From a virus: a stretch of DNA of 64,000 bases. Below, one piece after another: positions 35,301 through 47,300 of the stretch. Location of the stretch: IMG/VR virus record IMGVR_UViG_3300042197_003184, positions 1 through 64,000 of that record; one strand, 5' to 3'. Both the position numbers and the translations under genes were made by a program. The notes beneath the pieces were generated by a model, which saw only the letters and a program-made list of their open reading frames with translations, was not told where the DNA came from and searched no databases. Positions within the stretch are counted from its first letter, which is position 1, and each line of letters starts with the position of its first letter.

Positions 35301-38300
35301 GACGAGTTTGCCATTAATGTACAAAACCGAAAAGCTTTGGGGTTATTGGCTGGCTCTTCAGTTCAGGGGCCTATTCAGCCTCTGGCGATAGATTTTGATG
35401 AAACACTAGCTCTTGGCACAAAAATGGTTGATGCTCAAGGAGAAGAAGACTTAGCGGCATATCGAGACCCAACAAAAGTTGCCGATAGCTTAGCCAAAGC
35501 TCGCCCAACAACTTTGGCCCAGCGCATGGCTGAGATAGAGAAAAGCAATCCAGGAGTTCTAAGAAAATACTCTAGAATCCTAACCGCCAGACCACAAGAA
35601 ACAGCCAGCATCATTGCTGCTACACTAAATAGATTTGGTTTACCATATCTAGAAAGTGACATCACTGGCCTAGCAAAAGGTCTTGGTACCAATATTCCAC
35701 TAGCAAAAGCCAATGATTTAGGTATCTTTGAAAAACTTATCGACGATAGCGAAGCTAATGTCAAAGCCGTGAGATCGTCGGGGAAAAATGCTTTTCAATA
35801 CGGAGAAGTCGAACCTCTTACCTCCGCAGCTGCTGGAAAAATCGGACAGTCAAATGTTGAAGCTAGTATTTTAGAAGGAGCTATAGGACAACAACTAGGA
35901 TACCCTATAGATATTGCGGCTCTGGAAAGAAATAGAGCAGTAGACTTTCCCCAAGGTCTTGGTAGAGCTGCCCAATATTTTGGCATACCTCCAAATATAG
36001 AAACAGAGATCAAAAGAACATTAGATGGAGACGCTTTTTTTAAAGCCAGAGGAGAGTTCAGTAGGTATTTTACAGAAAATCCTTCTTTGTTTAGCAACGG
36101 AGGTCTGGTTCAGTTTTTTGCAGATGCTGGGGAGATCAAAGATAGATCTACTAAGAATAGAAGAAGAGGAGCTTATGGAGCAAGAGGTTTTGTTCCGTTA
36201 AATAGTAGAGAATACGAAGCCTTTGCTGATAAAGCTTATGCCGAGGCCGGTCCGTATGGTGGTCCTGGATGGGGAAAATCAGCGGGCGTACCAATGCCAA
36301 AAGTTTTGGCGGATTATGCTGAAAAAATAAATAGATATGTTTTTGAAACTGGTGGTGCTGGATTATCTATAGGTAAGAAATTAGTTAGGATTCCAGACAA
36401 TATTGAGCCAGAAGCACTGGAAGCGTTAAAAGAAGACTTGATTAGACAGTATGACGGATGGTATGCTGAGATAGAAGAGGTGATGCCGTTTGGTAAGGCT
36501 ATTAACACATCAAATCCAATAACTGTCGCCAAAAATGCCAGGATGCAAGCTGCCGCTATGGCCGAGGCTGGAAATGCAGCCTATACACAAGCCGAGGATG
36601 CTATATCTGGTTTCAAGAAAACAGGAATCCTTGCTGGTTTTGATCCGTCAATAGAGAGCCATATCAAAACTTCTTTCCCAGCATATATTAAAGAGCTAGA
36701 GTCTTCTTTGAGATCCGAGACAGACCCTGATGAAAAATCTTCTATACAAAGAAAACTCAAAAAGGCTCAGGCAGCATGGCCAGATTATCAATCTTTGTTA
36801 TCTGGTACTCCGGTAGCTAATCAGGGTAGAATTACTGGGCTTTCAGAAACTCTCAATACCCTATTGGAAAGATATGGTAGTCCGGTATCTTTTGGCGAAA
36901 TAGATAATATTATCAAAGCTATGGGCTCTAAATTGCTTGGCAAAGCCTCTGGTGGTCTCATATCTTCTTTTGCTAGTGGTGGCAAAATTGGATTAGATGA
37001 TATTCGCAAAACCATAGAGGATAAATATCCCGATTATAAGTTTAGAATTAATCCAAAATCTAGTGGTTTTGGCTATAGAATGTTAGTAAGACCAGCTTCC
37101 AAAGATGCTCCTGAATCTTTGATGGCTTTTGATCTGGTGTCCAGACTATCTGATGCTCCAGCATTGGCAGAAAAACTCATAGGCAGAATACAAGAACAAC
37201 AAGGTGCTCAAAAATTTGCTTCTGGTGGTTATATTCCTGCTATGGTCAGTAATGGAGAAGCATTTGTACCCCCCGAAACCGCACAGAAGATAGGCTTTCA
37301 TACTCTAAACAGAATGAATCAAGCTGATCGTAATGGTATGGGTCAATTTGCTGGTGGAGGAGATATTAGTTTATTTAAAGGACCAGGTAGTGGGACCAGC
37401 GATAGTATAGGGCCTATTCCTTTGCCTGTTGGTGGTTTTGTTATTCGTGAAGCGGCTACCAGAGCTTTGGGTTTATCTAGAAAAGGTGGTGGTCCTATAG
37501 GACAAATCAGGTCTTTTGCTGTCGGAGGAAATAAAGGAGTTCCTGTATTGGGGACTAATAGACCCGATATTGTAAGTAGGTCAACCGTTGCCGTGTCTCC
37601 AGACACTATTCAGGGCGTTGCCACCTTGATCGATATTCTAGGAGAACTCGGTAGTGTAGCAAAAAATTCCGCAGATCTCATTAAAACCAATGGAGAGATT
37701 AGTTATAAGGTAGTAGAAAAAGCATTGGTTAAAGACATAGAAAGATTAAAAATATCTGGAGCAGGAATAGATAAAATTGCAATTGCTGAAAAATTATTAT
37801 CTGAGACTAGAAATAAAGGTAAAGCAGAAGTAGATAAACAAAAAAACCTACAAGGATTATCCTCTTTGAGAGGTAGTTCTACCACAGCCATACTTGGTGG
37901 ACAAACCGTAGGTAATCTACAAGCAGGAGCTGGCGCTGGTCAGCAAGCCATTGAAACACAAGCTCAGATGATAATAGAAGAAAAGATCAAAGCTCGTGGA
38001 GGGAAGGTATCAGATAAGCAAAGAGCTAAGATAGTTGAGTCGTCGTATGTTGATGCTGCATCTCAAATAACTGGAGTTAATAAAAAAGATTTTAAGGCTG
38101 CTGGTATAGGAGGATCAGATATACAGCAATATATTGCTGAATCGATGAGAGATCGTAAGACCCTATCCCAAATGGATAAACAGCTTATTGCCATAAAGCA
38201 AGAAGAAGTCCGTAGATCTGCAAATTTTTCTAGTTTGTCCAGAACAGAACAACAGAGGCTGTTACAACAAGCCAAACAAACAGCCGAACAAGAAATTAAA

Positions 38301-41300
38301 ACCAGAAGAGAAATCGTTAATCAATTAGCAGCCGAACAGGGTCGAGCAGGTGTGGGCGATGGTTCCGGTTCTATGGCTAGCGGACTATTTAGAAGACTAG
38401 AGAATCCTTTGGTTGCTCTTGGTCTTAGTAGTATGGGATCATTATTGGGATCCGGCACTCCTGGCAGTTCCAGCGAAGCTTCTCAAAACGCAGGTATTCA
38501 ATCTGGCATATCTACACTTAGTCAAGGATTATTTTTATCAGGACAAGTAGCTAGTATATTAGGTCCGGTAGCCGGTGGTGCTACTTTAGCAGCTTCGGCT
38601 TTGGCTTCGATAGCCAGCGCTTTCAAAGATGGGCGCAACGCATTTATAGAATTTGAGAAAAACCTAAGATCACAAAGGTTACAGAATACGCTTGAGGCAT
38701 TAGGTAACACATTTGCCCAACTAGAGAAAGACGTTAAAAATTTAGATCTACAAAATCAGGTATCTTCTCAACTAGTATCTGCTGGGTCAGAAGCGCAATC
38801 TTTAAACGATATTGTTACAGAAATACCTAAAGCGTTTTGGGTCAATATGTTTGATGCTGCTTTTAGCAGCAATCAGAGAGAAGCTTCGGATAGATCAAGA
38901 ATACTTGAAAAATTTGGAATATCAGCATATTTGTCTTCTACTTCCGCTTTTGGTTCAGAAGATAACAGAAGATTTTTCAACAGACAACTAATACCAGAAC
39001 AAGCACTAGCCAATGCAAGAAGTTTTTCTGAGGTAGGATTAAATACTCGTAGATTCATAGAAAATAGGGCAGATGCTGGAGCTAGCCTCAACGAAATAAT
39101 GAACTCGGCCGACTTTGCTCAGTTTGCTCGAAACATAGCTTTATCTAATGTTGAAGTTCAGAAACAAATATTGGCTATACAAAACTCAACATCTGCCAAT
39201 AAAGAAGCCGAACAACAGGCTATTATCACCAGATATGCAGAATCAGAAACCATAAAAATCGCACAAGCAGCTTCTAGACGTAGAAATTCCGAAGGATTAG
39301 ACAGAGAAACCAGATCATTCTCTGTTAGTATACAAAGAATTTCTCAAAATATGCAGGACGTAATTTCTGTCATAAATAGTAATCTTACTAGATTTAATGA
39401 AAAAATAGAGTACACCGTAGCAGCCATGTCTGGACAAGCCAGATCTGGACAGGTGTCTTTTGGTACTCTAGACGTTTTAAGGTCACCAAACGCCTTTTCT
39501 GGTTTCGACAGACAATCAGCCGCCGACAGAGCAGGATCTTTATTTGGTGGCGACCAAAAACTCATCAGCTCCCTCCTTGTGCTAAACAAGAACCTAGAAG
39601 AAAATATTATGAGAGCTATAGATTCTACTATAGCTAATAATCCATCTTCTAGCGATACAAAAATAGGTTTAAGTATAGACCAAGCTGTTCAAAACACTAT
39701 TAATCAATTAAACCTACCAGACGCTATAACCAAACAACTTAGCAGAGAAATAGGATTGGCCGTTGATAGACTGAGACAAAGCGGTAAAGAAAAGATAGAT
39801 TTTGAAGCATTAAAAAACGAGGTGCCTCAGCTAGAAAATATTATATCTAGCACTAGAGTTGCCCAGGAAGGGGCGATAAAGGCTTTGGAAAACTGGCAAA
39901 ATCAATTAAATGAGTTGACTCAGGCCATGAATAAAAGCTCGGATCTACAAATTTCTGCTGCTGATCGTAGAAACCAAGCCGAAGATATCGTAATTAATAG
40001 CAGTATAGAACTAGCTAAAGCGCTAGGTAGGAATTTCTCTGCTGGCTTTGGTAATAACTTAAGAGATAGACGTACCGCACGATTAACGGGAGGAGCTACT
40101 TCCCCAGAGGATATTTCAAACAGGTTAAGGAATTTAACACAACTCGGGGAAAGTCAATCAGCCAGCCTAGCTGCTCAATCAGAAAGAAGTGTTGGAGATA
40201 CCGGATCTTTGGATTCTATTGTGGCTAATCAAAGAGCTTTGAGACAAACGAATAACGAACTCAGACAAACACAACAGGCTTTGAAAAATTTAGCAGAAAA
40301 TTCCGAGGCGGCATCTCTGGCCTTATCTTCTATCCAAGAAACACAACAAAGACAGCAAGGCCGGGTTGCCTTAATAGAAAAACTAGTATCTAGTACGCCA
40401 GAAGAACTGTATAAATTCAGTGCCGCAGCAGACAGGCTTCAAAAAATAGCCAGAGGACAACCGGTTAATCAAACCTCTGACGAAAGAAGAGAAACATTAT
40501 CTGTATTTAATGATATAGCTCCTATGTTGGGTTCTTCTTTAGAAGCCAATAATATGAGAGCCAATATGCTTGAATCAATGCTTAGTGAATCTGGTGTTGG
40601 TTTAACTCCTCAGTTTCAGGCTATATTAAATGCTCTCAGAGATCCCCAAACCGACCCAGCCACACAAAAGGCGATAGAAGAATATTCTAAAGCTATTGAT
40701 ATACAATCTAGAGCTAATATAGAATTAGCAAAAATTAATACAGACCTAGCAGACCAAATAGCAGATGCTTCGGCTCGTGCCCTAAAGGATGCTTTAACAA
40801 ATCAGGTAGTTAAGTTTGAAAGCACTCAACTGGCAGATATTGCCAGAGGACTAAGATCATTAACCACCACAACACAAAACCAAGCAGCACCCCCCGTAGC
40901 CAGAGCAGATGGTGGTATAATCTATGCTGCTACAGGAACTAACGTACCAGATTTTGCTCCGAGAGGAACAGATACGGTACCTGCTATGTTGACACCAGGA
41001 GAATTTGTAGTTAATCGTTCGGCAACACAAAAAAATCTGCCACTACTTAATGCTATAAACAATGGCTATAGTAAAGGAGGCAGGGTTTCTTATTATCAAG
41101 ACGGAGGTTATGTTAGCAGTACGCTGAGAGAAGAATATCAAAACAGAGAACCATTTAAGGAATCTAAAGGCTCCTATATGGTATTGCCAGAAAATATAGG
41201 AGAGCCAGAAGATTTATATACTTGGAACAAAGTTCGCAGTGTTGCTGTTCCGTCAACAGATAATGTTGAAAAAATTAATATAAACTCTAAACCCAATGAT

Positions 41301-44300
41301 CAGCTATATATAAAAGCCAATAGACAACTAGGTTATGGTTATACGGGATTTAGGGCTCAATATGATACTTCTGCCGGAGAGTATAGTTTTTGGAGATTCA
41401 ACCCAGAGGGGTCTTTATCTCCGAGTATACTAAAGCCTTTAGGTCGCTATTATTTAAGCCCAAGACTTCTTGAGCTTGGTTCAGGTTCAGAAAAACAAAA
41501 GCTGGTCGATCAAACCGGCATACCAAACCGAACAGAAATCGAGGATTATACAGCAAGACTAAATAATATTTTGAAACATCTACCGTCAAAAGCATCCAGA
41601 TCTGCTGGACAAGGAACTATTGAAATTGATGGCTCTAAAATCATAGTAGAAGATCAAAAGTTTGCTGGTAGCACCGGACAACTAACTGCTTATACCAAAA
41701 ACCAAGAAGTTGTTGTAAAAAATCTAGCCAAGTCTCTTGATAGCAACTTAAATTATGGATTATATACATCGTCTCCTATGGTTGGTTTGACCCATAGTCT
41801 TGATTCTATAATGGATTTTTCTGGAGATCATTGGGGTCGTTTTTTCTTTGGTAGTGCTGCTCAAACCCGCAAAGAATCCTCTGGTAGTTCTGAGTCTTTA
41901 TTACGAAGCACTAGTGGCGGTAAATATGCTTTAACGTATAATCCAAAATTAGATAGCTTATTTGATCCTGATAAATTACCAGACATTATTAGTGCATTGA
42001 AATCGTCTCAGGAAGCACTAGCTAATGAGGAATTTGCAACATCAGATAAGAATACTGGTATAGACAAACAGAATACAGCACTTAGAGAGTTATATATTGG
42101 CACCATAGCTAAACAAATATTGGAGGGTAGAGCATCCTCAAATCAACAAGATGGGCAATCAACAGACAAAGAATATGCTTATAAGTTTGGACCAGAATTT
42201 GCTAATGCATCTAAATTAACAGTTTATGGTGTGACAACTGACGAATGGACTAAATCCAGAGATGGCTCTGCTTCTTATCTACAAAGATTTCAAAGCATTA
42301 TCGGCAAACAAAAAGAAGCTAAATACTGGGATCCTGATGGGACGTACAAAACTCCGTTCGATATTGCTCCTAGAAGCGATTTGAATAGTAAGAAATTTTT
42401 CCCTTGGGTAGCTGGTGACGCTCCGGATCTGGCCGTTTTGGATGCTGAATTAAAAGAACGAGCAGATGCCACCCAGGCAGAAACGTATGGTAAACAAGGA
42501 GACACTATCCTAAAAAGCGGCAGATTCAAATTTAATGAGCTGCCATTTACTGTGCCATACGCTATGTCTTATGTGTCTTTAGAAAAGCCCAAAAAATATG
42601 ACGCAGCTACGGGGACTTATACAGACGAGAACCTACTGCCCAATGGGCTACAAAAAGCAGATATTATTAGTTCAGATAACTTATTTAGGAAAGCTAAGGA
42701 TGATTTTCCTAGTGTAACGGCAATTACGGATGCTACCGGCTCCAATGATAGCTCTGGTTCGTTAGGCTATGTTGCCGGTTTGATACAGAACTTTGTGAAT
42801 CAGTCTGATAGGTTCAAAAAATATTTTGGACTAATCAAAACGTCCTACTCAGAAGATCAGCCATCTGTTGAATTACAAAAGTTAAAATCGCAATTAAAAT
42901 ATTCTACTATTAATTTGGCTGGTAGTCAAAGTCCTTTCTTTGGCTTCTTAACGGGCTCAAATAAACAGTATACAGGTTATGATTCGCTAACCAGACCACT
43001 AACTATTGGCGATGTATTATTGGACCTAATAGACAGAGAAGCCAAGAATAAAACCTCAACTTTATCTGCTATAAAAAATCAAAGATATTCGTCTAAACCA
43101 GAAGACTCTGACAACAAAACCAACTTCAAACTATCCCAGTATCCTGCACTGGCTCAGGGGTTAATATACTCAGCATATGACCTATTTGGTTCTGGTAAGA
43201 CATACGAAATGCCTAATAGTTTGGGTCGTGGCTGGTTTAGTCCTCGAATGAGCCAAAGATATAATAGTATTTTTGAGATTCAGCCTGAACTTATTCAGGA
43301 TTATATGAAACAGCTATCTATTATTTTTGGAAATCAATATGCTAATCTAGAATCGAACTTATCTAGATTTGTTGGAACACCAGAATATGACAAAGCTATA
43401 GAGACCATGAGCTACTTACAAGGTGCTCAAAAGGCTTTCTTTATGATTGGTGATCCGGCGACTGGTACGTCGGTACTAGGAGGCTTGCTGGATAGATCAA
43501 TGTTTGATGATAGGGTTTTTGACCAAGCCGAAAAAGAAGCAATAACCAATGTTTTCAAATCGTTAGGCGCTTCTGGTAAAGACTCCAGAATTCGCAGTCG
43601 TTTATTGGATACTATATCGGAGGATGAGAAAGTAGATTGGGAAAGACAATTAACTGGGTCTAGAATTAATGATCCCAAAACAAAAAACTCAGCAACACAA
43701 GAATTTGGCGAAGTGAATGTTCCACAAACATTCAATGATCTTTTTGATTTAGGTATTAATCCATATAATCAATTTACTAATCGAAATATTAGAAAATCTA
43801 TTTTTGATAGATTTTTAAGCAATATTGCAACAGCTCAAGACAGAAGAGGCAGACCACTATTCTCTACTAGTGGCGGTAAAGAGTTTGGAGATGCTTTAAG
43901 CAATCTGCGTTTGTGGTATGGTGGAAATGACGAAGATTGGCAGGGCTTAGATTATTTATATGATAAAAACATCAAACCCATAGAGAATACCGATACTGTC
44001 CCATCATATAATGATAGATGGAACGAACTCAATAGCTTTAATAGAAAAGATAATCTCTATAAAGATGCTGAAACCTCTCACTCATTAGTGGGCGGTAGAG
44101 AAAAATTTGGAGAGCTTCCTCCATTAGATTTTTATAAAGACAGAGGAGACGAGATCCAATATCGACGTACTGGTGGTATTATTTATGCTTCTCAAGGATC
44201 ATTAGTTAACTTTGAGCCTAGAGGCACAGATACTGTTCCTGCGATGTTGACTCCAGGAGAATTTGTCGTAAATCGATCTGCTACGCAAAAACACTTGCCG

Positions 44301-47300
44301 CTATTGAGAGCGATCAACGACGGAGCAAAGGGTTATAGTAGCGGCGGTGTGGTATACCTCAGTAGCGGAGGTTTAACACCAGCACAAGAAACTAGATTTA
44401 ATGAACTTAGTGGTATGTCTTCTAGAAATAGAGAAGAAGAAAATGAGTACATTGATCTGAAAAATAAAAGAATGTCTGGAGGGGCACAATCGAGTTCTAC
44501 AACAACGCAATCTAATATTCAACAGTCACGCAGAACCGCTGTAAGAGAGCGTAATCAGAGAATGGCGCTAATGGCCATACCTCCCAACGAAAGAACTCCA
44601 GAGCAGCAAGAAAGATATAATGCTCTGATAGCTAAGAGAGATAAAGATAGACCAGAAATAGCTAAACGCAATGCTAATTATAGAGCTTCACAAGCTTATA
44701 ATGCAGAAGCTGAAAGACGCAGTAACGAAAGACTAGTGAATCAATATGCCGATGAATACAGATCGTCTGGTAGCGAATTATCCCCAGAAGAGTGGGCAGC
44801 ACAAAACAAACCAGGAATGAGGGGTCAGAGACTGGACGGCTTCTTAGCTAGAGTATCTGGTTCAGACTATGATTATGGTCGTAAAATGACTGACCAGGAA
44901 TTTGCTGACGCTGGTACAGCTAATAGAGCAAGGCTAGATGCTTCAACACAACAAAAGGCTCAACAATACACCTCAGGGTCTTCACCTGCTCAACAGCCAG
45001 CCGCACAAACCGGCTCCAAACCAATGTTACCGCCTAGTGAGCAAGAACAAGAACCAGCAGATTCCACAGTCCCTTCTATACCTGCGCCTCCGGCACCGGC
45101 GGCAGAACCACCAAAACCAGCGCCAGCACCAGCGGTTGAGCCACCCAAACCAGCGCCAGCACCAGCGGTTGAGCCACCCAAACCAGCGCCAGCACCAGCA
45201 CCAGCACCAGCGGTTGAGCCACCCAAACCAGCTACAGTACCAGCACCAGTTTGGGCAAGAGGAGGAACAGACGAGGATCCGTTTGCTGAACGAGCCAAAC
45301 CATCACCAGCAGACGCCGCTAAAACAAGAGCAGAAGAAAGAAGAACAGCTTCTGAGGAGCAACAAACAGAAGCAAGAAAAGAAAGAAGAGAGCTAAGACG
45401 AGCAGCTGCTCAACAAAGAGAAGATATTATAGCAGAAACTCGTAGACGACTAGAAATGACTATTAGTCGTGAAGAAGCAACAATTAAAGATAAAGCCAAG
45501 AACAGAGAAGAGTCCGGTTGGTGGGCTGCGTCTATGAGAGGTATGGGATTAATGTCTGATCCTTACGAAGCAGAAATGGCCGCTTCTCGACAAAGAATCA
45601 CAGCAGCTAGAATGGGTTTGTCAGAATTAAAGACTGCTACTGTAGACGTTTCTCCGTCAGGATATGTGCGAGATACGTTCAAAGTTGAAAACTTTAATGC
45701 TGCTAGAAGATTAGCTGGATTAGACGAGGTAACTACCGGAGTTGACTCTGCTGGAAATATGACAGTATCTCGCGTGGAAAAAGATGAGACAGAAAAAGCT
45801 AATGATGCTGCAAGAAGAGCTGCTGATACGGCCTATAGCAGACAGTTGATGGATAATGAGCAGTCACAGATTACAGCAGCTAGAGACATTAGTATAGATA
45901 GTGTTTTGGCTGTTGGTGGAGTAGCTACAGGAGTTGCTGGTATGGCTACTCGTGGTGGCACAATGGCTCTTCAACAAGCAGGCAAAATAGGACTTAGACA
46001 AGTAGCTAAAACAGCAGCCTTGGAAGGCGCTGCTGAAGGTTTAGCTGGAGGAACCACAAGAGCAATTGATGACGTAACTAGAGGAGCTAAAACAACTCAA
46101 GAAGGCATATCTTCCGCACTATTAGAATCTACTATAGGAGGTGTTGCAGGTAGTGTGTTGGGTCCTGCTTTTTCTGTAGGAATACCGGCTGCTGGCAGAG
46201 TATTAAGTGGTATGGGTTCGTTTGTTGGAGATATGGCGAGTCCTATTACCAAGCCAATAGGCGACTTAATGTCATCTACATATGATTCAATTTCTCGCGG
46301 CTTATCAGGAATGTCAGATTATTTGGATTTACCCACCCAGTCCAGATACTCAGCATTACTACCGTCCGATCCTAAGCAAGCAAAACAATACAGGGCTCTT
46401 GTGTCTGCTGGCCGTGGACCTAGAGAAGCTATCGAAGAACTAGATGAAATCCTAAGAACCGGCTCTAACAGGTTTGACAAACAAGAAGAAGCTTTCGCCC
46501 AATGGACATCTAAGAATCTCTTTGATTTTGTTGGTATGCAGCCCGGTAGTTTGGTAAGTAGACTACGAAGCAATCCTCTCGACGGGTTATTTGATAATAT
46601 TAACTCGGGACCAGGAATAGGCAGACCAAGAGGGTCTTTATCGGAAATTGCTGGGGTAGATAAGTATAGAATACCCAATTTATCAGACGAAGCTGCCCGA
46701 CCAGTACAGAAAATGAAAGTAACAGCAGCTCAAGTCACAGAATATCAAAAATTAATAGATTCTGGAATGAACCCGGCATCGGCTCAACAACAGGCACTAA
46801 GACAAACTTCAACAACAGAAACAGCGCCCGCCACGGCCGCTCAAATCTATAGACAAAATTTACCAAGAGCGATAGACGATCCATCTCGTATGGAACAGGG
46901 TTTGTATAGAACGCAAGTGCGTAAGGGCTCATATGACAATCCCGATAATATGAACAGGTGGTTTTATCCAAAAAATCCTGGTATAGATATGATCGGAGAC
47001 TCTATAAATACCGGATATAAACCCAGATTTGCTGTAAAAGAAGGTAAAATGAACGAAATGATTGAGCGCATGGCAGCCGACGAACGGTTGTCTTGGATGC
47101 TTGGTCCGAGCGGTTTTAAACAGCAGCCGTTTGGAGAAGAGGTATTATCAGGTAGAGACAACAGATTTTTAGTTCTGTATAGCAGTAGAGGTACGTCCGA
47201 CGAAGCTTTAGCTATCACTCAACGTATGGAAGAGATTGGAGAAGATCTTCTTTTTGCAGGAGGGGCGAAGGATTATGGCGACAGAATGGCGCTAGGAAAA

